Source: the human T2T-CHM13v2.0 reference genome, Homo sapiens
Reading direction: 5' to 3' (one strand)
DNA: 64,000 bases
NCBI RefSeq assembly: GCF_009914755.1
Contig: NC_060926.1
Below are positions 31,788 through 44,768 of the stretch, one piece after another. The notes beneath the pieces are model-generated. The model did no database searches. It worked only from the letters and a program-made list of their open reading frames with translations, and was not told where the DNA came from. Within the stretch, counting starts at the first letter, position 1; each line of letters begins with the position of its first letter. Both the position numbers and the translations under genes were made by a program.

Positions 31788-32804
31788 TTACATTTTGGCA
31801 TGATTTTGCAGTGGCTGGTACCGGTTGTTCCTTTCCATGTTTAGCGCTTCCTTCAGGAGCTCTTTTAGGGCAGGCCTGCTGGTGACAAAATCGGTCAGCA
31901 TTTGCTTGTCTGTAAAGTATTTTATTTCTCCTTCACTTATGAAGCTTAGTTTGGCTGGATATGAAATTCTGGGTTGAAAATTCTTTTCTTTAAGAATGTT
32001 CAATATTGGCCCCCACTCTCTTCTGGCTTGTAGGGTTTCTGCCGAGAGATCCGCTGTTAGTCTGATGGGCTTCCCTTTGAGGGTAACTCGACCTTTCTCT
32101 CTGGCTGCCCTTAACATTTTTTCCTTCATTTCAACTTTGGTGAATCTGACAATTATGTGTCTTGGAGTTGCTCTTCTCGAGGAGTATCTTTGTGGCGTTC
32201 TCTGTATTTCCTGAATCTGAACGTTGGCCTGCCTTGCTAGATTGGGGAAAGTCTCCTGGATAATATCCTGCAGAGTGTTTTCCAACTTGGTTCCATTCTC
32301 CGCATCACTTTCAGGTACACCAATCAGACGTAGATTTGGTCTTTTCACATAGTCCCATATTTCTTGGAGGCTTTGCTCGTTTCTTTTTATTCTTTTTTCT
32401 CTAAACTTCCCTTCTTGCTTCATTTCATTCATTTCATCTTCCATTGCTGATACCCTTTCTTCCAGTTGATCGCATTGGCTCCTGAGGCTTCTGCATTCTT
32501 CACGTAGTTCTCGAGCCTTGGTTTTCAGCTCCATCAGCTCCTTTAAGCACTTCTCTGTATTGGTTATTCTAGTTATACATTCTTCTAAATTTTTTTCAAA
32601 GTTTTCAACTTCTTTGCCTTTGGTTTGAATGTCCTCCCGTAGCTCAGAGTAATTTGAGCGTCTGAAGCCTTCTTCTCTCAGCTCGTCAAAATCATTCTCC
32701 ATCCAGCTTTGGTCCGTTGCTGGTGAGGAACTGCGTTCCTTTGGAGGAGGAGAGGTGCTCTGCGTTTTAGAGTTTCCAGTTTTTCTGTTCTGTTTTTTCC
32801 CCAT
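31788..32804 (-). CDS. LINE-1 ORF1p (RNA-binding chaperone), 338 aa, uninterrupted
   Basis: MGKKQNRKTGNSK...NHAKM; REKG, ARR and YPAKLS motifs intact. Confidence 0.97.
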   Translation of the reverse strand: MGKKQNRKTGNSKTQSTSPPPKERSSSPATDQSWMENDFDELREEGFRRSNYSELREDIQTKGKEVENFEKNLEECITRITNTEKCLKELMELKTKARELREECRSLRSQCDQLEERVSAMEDEMNEMKQEGKFREKRIKRNEQSLQEIWDYVKRPNLRLIGVPESDAENGTKLENTLQDIIQETFPNLARQANVQIQEIQRTPQRYSSRRATPRHIIVRFTKVEMKEKMLRAAREKGRVTLKGKPIRLTADLSAETLQARREWGPILNILKEKNFQPRISYPAKLSFISEGEIKYFTDKQMLTDFVTSRPALKELLKEALNMERNNRYQPLQNHAKM

Positions 32805-33711
32805 CTTTGTGGTTTTATCTACTTTTGGTCTTTGATGATGGTGATGTACAGATGCGTTTTCGGTGTGGATGTCCTTTCTGTTTGTTAGTTTTCCTTCTAA
32901 CAGACAGGACCCTCAGCTGCAGGTCTGTTGGAATACCCTGCCGTGTGAGGTGTCAGTGTGCCCCTGCTGGGGGGTGCCTCCCAGTTAGGCTGCTCGGGGG
33001 TCAGGGGTCAGGGACCCACTTGAGGAGGCAGTCTGCCCGTTCTCAGATCTCCAGCTGCGTGCTGGGAGAACCACTGCTCTCTTCAAAGCTGTCAGACAGG
33101 GACATTTAAGTCTGCAGAGGTTACTGCTGTCTTTTTGTTTGTCTGTGCCCTGCCCCCAGAGGTGGAGCCTACAGAGGCAGGCAGGCCTCCTTGAGCTGTG
33201 GTGGGCTGCACCCAGTTCGAGCTTCCCCGGCTGCTTTGTTTACCTAAGCAAGCCTGGGCAATGGCGGGCGCCCCTCCCCCAGCCTTGCTGCGGCCTTGCA
33301 GTTTGATCTCAGACTGCTGTGCTAGCAATCAGCGAGATTCCGTGGGCGTAGGACCCTCCGAGCCAGGTGTGGGATATAGTCTCGTGGTGCGCCGTTTTTT
33401 AAGCCGGTCTGAAAAGCGCAATATTCGGGTGGGAGTGACCCGATTTTCCAGGTGCGTCCGTCACCCCTTTCTTTGACTCGGAAAGGGAACTCCCTGACCC
33501 CTTGCGCTTCCCAGGTGAGGCAATTCCTCGCCCTGCTTCGGCTCGCGCACGGTGCGCGCACCCACTGGCCTGCGCCCACTGTCTGGCACTCCCTAGTGAG
33601 ATGAACCCGGTACCTCAGATGGAAATGCAGAAATCACCCGTCTTCTGCGTCGCTCACGCTGGGAGCTGTAGACCGGAGCTGTTCCTATTCAGCCATCTTG
33701 GCTCCTCCCCC
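32805..33711. promoter_or_regulatory. L1 5'UTR with sense internal promoter and antisense promoter; CpG-rich
   Basis: Only strongly CpG-dense region outside Alus (~33250-33680). YY1 motif near 33692-33700; SOX-like TTTGTT sites near 33133 and 33235. Confidence 0.9.
33261..33476 (+). CDS. LINE-1 ORF0 (primate antisense ORF), 71 aa
   Basis: ATG at 33261 (gcaATGG) gives MAGAPPPALLRPCSLISDCCASNQRDSVGVGPSEPGVGYSLVVRRFLSRSEKRNIRVGVTRFSRCVRHPFL*, matching known ORF0. Confidence 0.9.
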   Translation: MAGAPPPALLRPCSLISDCCASNQRDSVGVGPSEPGVGYSLVVRRFLSRSEKRNIRVGVTRFSRCVRHPFL

Positions 33712-36700
33712 AACTGTTCCCTTTTTTGTTGTATCAGTTTTACTAATTCAGCCTTAGCCTGATCTAAGAACATGAACCAATTTTCCTAAATTTTTCTTGA
33801 GCTTGTTAGCAACGTGAATTTGTCTCTGACAGAGGCTAAACAGGGCTTTGAACATTAATTTAAATTATTGAGCTAAAAATGTAATAAAAATCTTGGGTTT
33901 TGAGCATAAGAGGCTGCATCATTCCCATAATAATATGCAAAAGGCTCATTTTACTAAATGTACCATGGTAAAGTTAATCCTGAAAATAAAGTTGTTCTTT
34001 CTTATTTTTTTTTTTTTTTTTTTTTGCCTTGAGACATGAGCTAGTGATACTTGCTCCTAGCATAATCCTAGCCTACTTAAAACAAAAGATCTGGGCAGGA
34101 CACCCATGACGCCAAAGCTAACGGCTGTCAGCTAGTAAAAGCATTCACCAGATGTTGAAGCCCAGAGCCTTCCAACAACAGTGATTATTACAGCCTTCAA
34201 TCACCCCATTTAGAATTTACAACAAACTGAGCAGAAAGCCATTATTTCCACCTTCAGTGTAAAGTTTTCCTCAGGCTGCGAGCAGAGTTCTGCAATGGAA
34301 GGATGTACCACCTGCTCCAAGTTCACTTCGCTCTTTCTTGGAACTTCCACCAGAAGAAACAAGTCCCAGAGAAAGTCCAGAAACATAGGGATGTCATTTG
34401 TCATTATTTGGTGAATATTAAAATCCCTAACGGTTCTTGATAATGCTTGGAAAAAGGACTTACACTGTAATTAAATGAAATAATAACAAATCATAATATA
34501 AGGCATAAAATGAACAAACATTATGAATTAATCATACTTAGACAATTACAACCCATATGGTTTGTTAAACTCAATCTGCTACCTGTAGTGACATCAACTG
34601 CATACTCTATATCCAATGCTGCAGCTTTTTCTCCCCCTAGGATATAATTACTTAATTTTGTGAATGAGAAAATGAATGTAAAAGGCAATGTGTTCATGAT
34701 CTGGTGTCCACTTATGTCTCTCCTATTGGACCAGAGGTGCGCCTGCCCATCACAGCTCAAAAGACCCGAATTCCTTTCCTGCAGAAACAAATGCCCTTCT
34801 TCCTCTTTCTACTCCATTCTATCCTTTCCACCTTCTCTACTACAAGTTATCTACAGCAGGAAGTTAGGAGAGTAGACCTTCTGTGCACCTTAACCAGTGA
34901 GGAGAGGTCTTTCTCCTGTCTAATTTGACGCCACAGTCAAATGACAATACCAGTTTGCTGGAGGAAGCCTTGTTGTTTGTGTAATAAAATCAGCCGTGTG
35001 ACTTAGAAGACTTAATGACTTTCCCATTTACCAACATCACTGCTGATCTTGAGCAAATTACATAATTTACCTGAGTGTGAATTTCATTATCCATAAAATG
35101 GGAATAACAATATCTACCTGAGCAGAACTGTTGTGAGGATTAAATCAAACACACTCTGCGAAGAACCTAACACAGTGCTAGCTGGGTGTTCACAAAAGGG
35201 GTGATGAACTCCCATTCTGAAAATGCCATTGGGAGTTGAACTGTTCAAGGGAAATTTTAAAAAACAAAAGCAACTAAGGAGTAGCTGAAAATGCTCTTAC
35301 TCTGGAAGGACATGGGTTAGCTGCCCACCGGCAGTGAAATTGACAAGGAAAAATTAGGCAATGAACTAAGCTCAAGCTTGCCTTAGAGGTTTGGTGTGTT
35401 TTGCAATCACCCTGTTATCCACTAGATCAAGCCTAGAGAATTCCACAGAGTGCCATTATATCTAGGGACAAATGGCCCAGCCAGCGGAAACTTCCCCAGC
35501 AACCCTTACAAACTGGCTGCAGGGGCAACTGCAAATCAATATCCTCAGAAAGAGACAGCCGCGTGTTCCCAACATCTGAGGTCAAATTTGTCCATATATC
35601 ACCAATTACCCTTGGCTGAGCAGCCCATTCTAGCCTCTCTGCACGCTTATGGGTGCAAGATCTGCCAGTCAGTTGAAGAGGTTGAATGAACAGTGAGGTT
35701 GATTCCAAAGGGGCCTGCAGAATCAGTCTCGATGAATAAGACTTAATTAAGCAATTTTCACACTATTATAGAAAAATAGATGTGTGAAGCCTGTTTCACT
35801 GTCTATCTTCTTATAATCAGGTACTTTTTGAGTAGTTCTATGATATCTCTGACAGAAAAAAAATTCCTGGGTTAGACCTTTGCAAAAACTTCAATCACAG
35901 CAACCATCTTATATTCTAATTAGTTGTTTACATGTGTCAGGTAACCCAGAGGCTTCCTTCGTTAAATCAAGCCCGAACTCTGTGTGGATAATGAGGGAGA
36001 ATGGCAAGAAATCCCTCTTGGAAGGAACTCAGAGCCCACGGCCTTAATTCCTGTGTCTTGAGGTTCACCAACTCCTAGAAGAGCTCTCGCAGCTATTGTT
36101 TTACCTCCAACCCACCAGCTCGTGAATTCCCCAAGGCACGGTTGAGTCTACTTAAATAAGATGATTTGAACATGATTTTGTAAAGGAATTTAAGGAGAAC
36201 AAGAAGGAAAACAAGAGAGATTTGGTATCTTACAGCCTGAGTTTGAATCTTGGCTGCTCCTTTGTGGACCTCGAGCATGTGACTTAACCCTTGATCTTCA
36301 TTTATGAAAGAGACATATACATATACCTCATAGGATTGTTGTGAGGATTCCATTTTTAAAAATACATGGAACATGTTTAGCAGACAGCCTGGCACATGCT
36401 GAGAGCCAAGAAAATGTTAACTTTACTTTTGTGGTTTTGTTGGTTTTCCACCTTCTAAGGAATAGCTTATTTATCATATTCACCCTGACCGAAGCTGCCA
36501 TCATCTCCCACCTGGATTGTCACAATGGCTCTTAACTGTGCTCTTTCTTTCTTCACCCATCTCCTGGAGTCTATGCTCAAAACAGCAGCCATTGTGACTA
36601 TAGTTGTTTCCTCTGCTGTTATTGAGTACATGCTAAGGATTAGGCACTTTGACCCTATTGTCTTATTTGAAACTTGTGGTAACTAAGAATTGTTATAATC

Positions 36701-37690
36701 TTTTATATAGAGATGAAGAGTCTGATATAGAGAAAAGTTAACCAAATTGTCTAAGGTCACACAGTCCTTAAGTGGTGAAGTCAAACACAGGCACTGTGAT
36801 GCCGGGACCCAGAACTATAACCTCTGTGCCACGTGGCCTTTGCCTCTGGAGGACCATAGCCATGGCAGAGCACCCAGGGGAGGCGATGGCGGCACACCAA
36901 GAAGGCCTGGACATTTCTCATTCCCATTTGTGGACGTGGCTTAGGCTCCAGTTGGGGGCCATGTTATACCAGAATATATACTATATTAATACAACAAAAT
37001 ACCATTTTTCTGTATGTTGCCATGGAGATTAGAACCTTTCATTCTCTTAAAAGTCTCTAAGATCACTAAGACATCTTTCTCTTTTGCCTTTAAAAAAGCA
37101 AGAATTAATGTCCTGATTTCACAGACCATAAATTCTGCCGTGACTGCTCCAAGGGGAAAGGCCTATCTTTCCAGACTGAACACATGTACCTTATTTACAA
37201 TTCCCAAGTAGGAGACTTACTTCCTGCTCATATCCCTACACTCGGGAAGAGGCCACGTGACACTTTTCCCTGAGCTTCTTAGAACATGATGTGGAGGACA
37301 GGGAACAGCTGGTCATACAATAATTTGAGCCAATACGTGCAGTACAAATAATACTCCTTGCAACTAGACATGTTTGTAGTTTGCTATACTATTACTAATA
37401 AGATACTCACCGAGTTTTTTAATAGATGTGATCAAAGGTAGAGTTTGACAAGAGGTCACACCTGTCACCTGCTAAGAAGGCAAAGTGCAGAGACAGATAA
37501 ACTTTCTGGCAAACATTCTGGAACCCAAAGAGTCCTCTGCCAACAGGCATTTTCCCATGAAATCAATTCTTGGAATCATAGAAACTGACAAATCACTTCT
37601 ATGTAGTTAAAATACAGTGAACATTAAAAAGAGGAAATACACACTCTTATTGCTTTATAGATGCCAATAGAAGCATAAATAACTAGATAA

Positions 37691-37984
<294 letters not shown>

Positions 37985-38559
37985 AACTATTTTATTATAT
38001 AACATTGACATTATAATTAATGGCTAAAGAGATGTTCTAACTTAAACTGTCTTTCAAAGAACAATATGTATCTGAAATAATGGAATGCCATGTGGGCCAT
38101 CTCTTAGAGAAAATTCTTTAAATTGAACCATTTGGGGCCCAGTAAAAGTTGCCAGGGTCTTCCTTTCCACACCCTCCCCATTCCACCTTAGCTACTATGT
38201 CGCTCCTTTCAATGTGGATATTGTTTACACTATGAATGGCATAAACAAATTTTTTTAGTTTTATGATTTCAAAACGAGGAGGAAAAAAAGCAAGAAATTA
38301 TGCACTCAAGGGTAAAGGAATAGAATTTTGCCTTCAAAACTTTTCAGAATGAATAGGCCACTCTACACAAGTACCTACAAATGGCCTTCCTGTCTCTAAG
38401 TACATAGAGAAGTACTCTTCATGAGAAGTCTATTCTAGACATATAAGATTCTGGTCCAGGGATTGATGATTTTGCCATTCTCTTACTGATATCACAGGTA
38501 TGACTGTTTAAGCATTTTCAATGGCCAATGCTTAAAAACAATTGACTCTTACTCTGAAA

Positions 38560-38722
38560 TTTTTTTTTTTTTTTGGAGACAGGATCTTGCTCTGTCGCCC
38601 AGGCTGGAGTGCAGTGGCACAATCATGGCTTACTGCAGTCTCTGCCTCCCAGGCTCAAGCAATCCTCCGACTTCAACCTCCTGAGTAGCTGGGACCACAG
38701 GCATGCACCAGCATGCCTGGCT
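38560..38722 (-). mobile_element. Alu right-arm monomer (J/FRAM)
   Basis: T tail, then ggagacaggatcttgctctgtcgcccagg. Confidence 0.85.
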
Positions 38723-38734
38723 ATGAAAATTTAC

Positions 38735-39700
38735 TTTTAAAAGGAAGACTTAAGTCTTTATTCTGTCCTTATTATATGAACTGTATCTCAGAGTAACCAA
38801 ACTAGTGCTAGCTGTTGAGAGGAAACTTTTTTTGTAGAATTCCAGCTAATACATAATAAAGAAAAGATGGAATTATAAAATTATCATTTTATAACCCTTA
38901 ATGTAATAATTGATTCAGGCAACAAACACCAATAGCTACTAAGAATGAAGGATGAGTGAAGAACTAAATACTTTTGGCAGATTATTTCTAGTCCTAAGAG
39001 GAAAGCCACAGTATTGTAATGGAAGGGTCTGGCTGTCACTAACTGAACTCACTGACTAATCTTGGTGTCACTAAACTTGGATAATACAGATATCCAGATA
39101 CTTTTTGCCTCCTAATATGATGCAATTGTGAAGCAAAACCCAAAATATTGCACCCAAATATATTAAAGCCTTTAGAATTAAAAGAAATATAAAAGATAGA
39201 GGAACAAACAATGAGGTAATGAGGAAGGCATCAGAAAAATCCAGAATGTGGATCATCCTACAGGACAACGAGTCTGTTTATCATTGATATGAATTTTAAA
39301 AAGGGTAGGGCAAAAAGGGGTGGGGAGTTCCTTTAAATTCAGATAATTTGACCTAAAAGACATTTAACCAAATACAACATGTGGACCTTTGTTAAATGCC
39401 AATTTGAATAAAATAACTAAAATGAAACTAGGAAAACAGTTGGGAAAAATTAAATGTGGGCAGGGTATTAAATGATACTAAGGAGTTATTGTTGGGGTGC
39501 CATAAGGCCATCATGATTATATAAGAAAATACCTTATTCGTATAGAGCTGCATACTGAAGTATTTGAGGATAAAGTCACAATGTTTAGAATTGACTTTGA
39601 AACTTTTCAGCAAAAAGAAGACTGGTAAACAAATATGGCAAAATATGAAAAACTGTTCAGTTTATGTATGTTTGAATTTTTTATAATAAAAAGTTTCTAA
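38735..39700 (+). mobile_element. L1MC/ME 3' UTR
   Basis: Degenerate match to the same family as 7440-8925. Confidence 0.6.
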
Positions 39701-42700
39701 AATTAGACTAAATTCCATTCTCATTTCTTGAGGTTGAAAGAATGAACTATGCTAGAGTAAAACTTTTAAAATAAGATGGCTACGCTAACTTTTAGACCCA
39801 GCTTTACTACTGACTTCCTGCAAAGAATCCTTTTTGCCTTTGGAGTTTGTTAATGATACAAACACTACTAAAATGGACTCATAAAATTTATAGATATTCC
39901 TGAATCTGTATTTTTTTGACTCAAAGTTTTTAAAAAGAATAATTGTTCTCTCTAGTTGACCAGCTGCTCATCGGCAAAATGAAAAATACACACTTAATGG
40001 GCCATTATGAAAATCTAACATTATATTCAATTCTCACCCCCAAACGAGCTTTAAGGTTCTCTGAAAGTTTAATGCTTCCCACATATCAAGAATTAAGGGT
40101 TATAAATATGCCTGCTGTAGCTTTCAACACTATAGGTTCGCCTAAAAATTTTAAACTGGAGACAAGAATGACTTGTCAGCTAGTTGATCAGTTAAATTTT
40201 TTTTTCTGTTGCTGACAAGGTATGCATGGAAGAAGTTGCAAAAACTTTATTTCATTATATGCTCAAGCATTAGTCACAGCTTTCAAGCTAAATCTAATTG
40301 CTGTAGTCCTTACAGACCTCCCTGGCCCTAGGCAGTGTTGAGCTAAGTGATGATCCTCATGTTTAGAAAACACAGGAATTAGACCCTAGCAATGCACTAA
40401 CAATATGACTGAGAATTATCCATCCATGCCTTAGTGTACCTCTGAAATAAGAATAAAAAATGCCTACCCTGATATATGGTCCAGAAATACAGCAAGGAGG
40501 TGGGGGATGATAGATCATGTCCTTTGTACTATTGGGAAGCAATTTCATATGTAAATTGAAAAGAAAAGAAGACCAAAAATAGGTATGTGGAATTAGTTAT
40601 TCCACAAAATAGCAAAATAGTTTTTAAATAAATCCAGGCAAGCCGTGGTACATAACAAAATAAATGTCATTCGCCCGCTTTGCTGCAGACCTGTCACAAG
40701 CAGCTCCTGGCTCGGCTGCACAGATTCCTCACCATCCGCAAAAAGGAAGTTACTGGGAACTTAAAGCAGAGGGATTTGTTTTTAATTTTGAGCTGTCAAT
40801 GGGTGAAAATATGTAAAACTGACAGATTTCTATGTGATCAAGATTCTTCTGGAACAAGTAAGAGAGACCCACTCAAGGTAGCTCAGGTGCAATGATGGGG
40901 GCAGGGATTGTTGTCATAAGAAACAAGTTAGATGAAAACCCAGGACAAAAAATGGAGCTGGGCCTCACAATGCACCAGGACCAAGACTCAGAAAGCTGTC
41001 CAGAGCCAAGGTAGGCCCCTTCCCTCTAGAATGGAAGTGTTTGGAAGGTAGCTTGCATATCTTGACACCACAGTGTCCCCCATGTCTAAACACAGAGTAG
41101 GCACTCAAGTCACTGTTGGATAAGTAAATAGATTTGCTTTCTCTCACGCTCTCAAGTTACATAGACTTTCATCCCTGCCTCTCTCTCCACCCTCATCATA
41201 ATTAATTCTCTCTTCTCCCTAGATTGTTTTGCAATACTCCTCTATACACAGATCCAAGCATGGCTACCCCTAATATCCTGAATTTATGTGTATTTAATTA
41301 AAGTGATTGCAGAAATTGAGTAGCTCTCTCAGGACCAATTCCAAATTCCCAGGAAAAAAATCTGAGCTATCCAGCTTAGGCCAGGTGTCCATTCCTGATC
41401 CACATGACTATACCAGGGAAATGGTCAAGGTCAGAATAACACAAACATGTCCACTGGGTCCATCCTCATGGGTGGGTGAGGGCAGTCCTTAGAAAAAGAG
41501 GCCATGACCTAGATAAGCATCCCAAATGTCATCTGCTGTCATCCACTTCACTCCTGTCCAAATGACCAAGGATGAAATCGTCCCAGTTGGATCTTACATC
41601 AAATCAGTGGATAGTAGAGATCACAAGATCCTGAGCCTTATCAACATAGTGCTACAACGCGGCCAGTAAGTGTGCTGCAGCCAGTCCTGGGCTCCCCATT
41701 TCCACATGGCAGGCTTCCATCTGTCCTCAGGAGGGGGCCTTCAGCTCATCTGTTCGTTGCTGTATCTCCAGTCCTGGAACAGTGCTTGGCACATAGTAGG
41801 TGATTGATGAGTGTATTGGCTCAGAGAATGTTGGCTATTATGACCATCAGATGTACCCAACCTTAAATTTCTGACCTATGTGTGCTCATACACACACACG
41901 AAACTCATTGACAGCCATAACCACCCTCCCCTCCGATCTCAGAGAATGAGTTCGTTCTGCATCTGCTCACAGCCAATCCATCACCTGTCCTCTTAACCCC
42001 AGTGCCCTGCTCTCCTAGGCCTCGGACTGTTGCTTATGCCCTCTCCTGTATGCTTTGCGCTCTCTCTCTCTCTTTCCTGACTTCTCCTCAGCCTGTAAGA
42101 CACATTTAGATCTCTCCCTTCCCAGAGTCTACCCTCGATGGGGAAAACTTGCATATTCACTTAGCCTTTAAGATTCATCTCATTTCACTTTTGCCTTTAC
42201 ACATTTGTGCACTGTTAAATTGGACATGGATTAACTTTGAAATTTAAAAAAGTTTCTCCCCGAAATGAGCAGACAAAAATATTGATCACATGGATCCTGG
42301 TCTTCAAGAAGCCTCACCTGACTCATGCTGGCCAGCTAAGCATCCCATAGGCCTGGCCTGAAACTAGAGCTGCATTTGCCACATGACTGAAACCATCTGT
42401 GTACGGGCCTATCTCTCCCCAGCTGTCAGCTCTTGGTGGGCAGGTTAATGGCTTTCAAAACCTTTGATTCTCTAGGTCCTGGCACAGTGTCTGATGGTAG
42501 TAGAATGCCACTAAGAGTTTGTTGAATTGATCTCAATAATTGCATTTAAGCCAGGGAGAGGCACTTTATATTATCGGCCTCTTGGGGCTACATCAAATAG
42601 CAAAATAGAAACAGCACAACTAGGTGAGTAACTAGGTAAATAAGTTGTTTTGATGAACAACTCCATGTGTGTGCCCTATAATACGTAATTAGTCACTCAT

Positions 42701-44269
42701 CCTTACAAGGAATTTTGTTGACATTTGTTATAGTTGCAATTTTTAAGGAAGTAATATCAAGCAAAAGAATCATCAAAGACTTTTCCTATGGTCACTCATT
42801 TGAAGACCTTTACATGGAATATGAGACAAAGAACTCTGAAATTCTGGAGTTTAATCTCAAAGCCATTCTCCTTCCCTAAAAGATCATCTTTTGAGGATAG
42901 ATTTCTGACATGTCTCTTTTTTTATCTCCTTCATTTCTCTGGCTTATTGTGTTGAGCATCCTGAATGATGGTGTTGACTGCCCTCCACCAGAAGCAACTC
43001 CACAGAGGAGCAGTGGGATTCATCCACAGAGTACCATGGTCTCTGCAGACACTTTCTATTCACAGATAAGGGTTGCACCAGAGGGAGGAAGAACAGGAAT
43101 GCCTGTTCGTACCCAGGGTTCACAGTAGCAAAATAGAATTCACCCCAAAAATGAAAACACTGCAGAATTTTGGGGATTTTTGATATCAAATCTCCCCAAT
43201 CTCTGACTTAAAAGGAAACCAAAACGCTCCTTGGAAGAGGTCTGTAAGTCTGTGAGTTAGGGCAGAGCAGAGCCCTCAATATTTTAAGTATACTGCATAT
43301 ACTTAAAAAGCTCTAACAGAAGAATTAAACAAAGGCAGGCAGAATCCTAAATGGAATTCTTCTTTCTAGCTGGTGTGTATATGTTTAGGAGTGGAGGGGG
43401 ATAGTTTTATGTGCACCTGGGAATCTGAAAATATCTGCTTCCAATGGGTGTCCATGTTCTATGAGTTTGGGAGTCACAAGAGAGAAAGAATGAAATTGTA
43501 TATTAGGAAGAGGTGCATGCCAAAGAAACACTTGCAGATCTAATGATTCTTGACTACTAGAAGTCATGAGTCATGTCAAGATTGCTTTCTTGTCCGTCAC
43601 ATACATCCCTTCAATTTATTATATATTAAGACTTGTACACCAGTTCCTTCCAAAGGACTTACAGTAGCTTTGTACAATTGGAATCCTTTTTCCTCTTCTA
43701 ATAAGTACTCAAATCGACAGCTTCCTTACTCCATGGAAGACACAGCCTTGGGCTTTAGAAGGGAGCCAACTGAATTGGCAAAGGCCCATCCTCACTGTGT
43801 GCATGTACGACAGCCATTTGCATTTTTCTAATTTTGGATTCCTGCTTCAATAGGCACATAGGACATTCTTGAGGGTATCTTGGCAACCCACACCCATATT
43901 CATGCACGAAGGTGCCTAGTCTCAGGCTGACTAATCCACTCGTCTAAATTACACATGTCAGGTGACCATGGGATTTGCTGACTGTGTTCAATTAGGTGCA
44001 ACTATGCAGGGCTTTTCAACATCTCAAGTTACATGAAGCATATGTTAGAATAAATCAATTGACTTTTGCTGCTCGGTTTTGGCTCTGCTTCCAGAGAACT
44101 CGTGAGTGGGAAAATGGGATATGCACTCAGTATGTAGGATCCTTTTCTCTCAGCTAGACTTGAAGTAGAGAAAACAAGGAATTTGGACTTAGCCACATCC
44201 CTCTGCAGTCTGACTCCCTGGAATCTCAAAGGGAAAAGAAGCAAAGGGAAAAGAGTCACACTAATAAAA

Positions 44270-44768
44270 AATTATCTATCCATTCATCTGAAGTTGGACA
44301 CTTACGTCAATTTCATAGCTTGACTATTGTGACTAGTGCTATAATGAACATGGGAGTGCAGGTATCTCTTTGACACACTGATTTCATTTGCCTTGGATAT
44401 ATACCCAGTGGTGGGATTGCTGGATCACATAATAGTCCCATTTTTAATTTTTTGAAGAAGCTCCATACTGTTTTCCATAATGGCTGTCCTACTTTACAAT
44501 CCCATCAACAGTTTGTAATTGTTCCCTTTTCTCCACATCCTCACCAACACTTTTTTTTTTTGTCTTTTGATGATAGGCTATTTTAACTGGAGTGAGATGG
44601 TACCTCATTGTGTGTTTTACTTGCATTTCCCTGTTGATTATTGATGTTGAGCACTTTTCCATGAGGTGATAAATCTAACTGCCTTGATTATACAACACAT
44701 ATATGTACCGAAACATCAAATTGTGCCCCATAAATATTTACAATTAAAATGTGTCAATTTTGAAAAAA
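44270..44768. mobile_element. L1MA with inverted 5' segment
   Basis: 44275-44660 is minus-strand ORF2-end sequence joined to a plus-strand L1MA 3' terminus (44661-44768). Confidence 0.65.

Noticed and set aside
34004-34420. Poly-T tract plus 64-aa minus ORF as a possible processed pseudogene
   Set aside because: No upstream AATAAA, no TSD and no recognisable parent.
43282-43308. Perfect 11-bp inverted repeat; a similar 10-bp one lies near 38507-38536
   Set aside because: AT-rich and isolated; plausible by chance.
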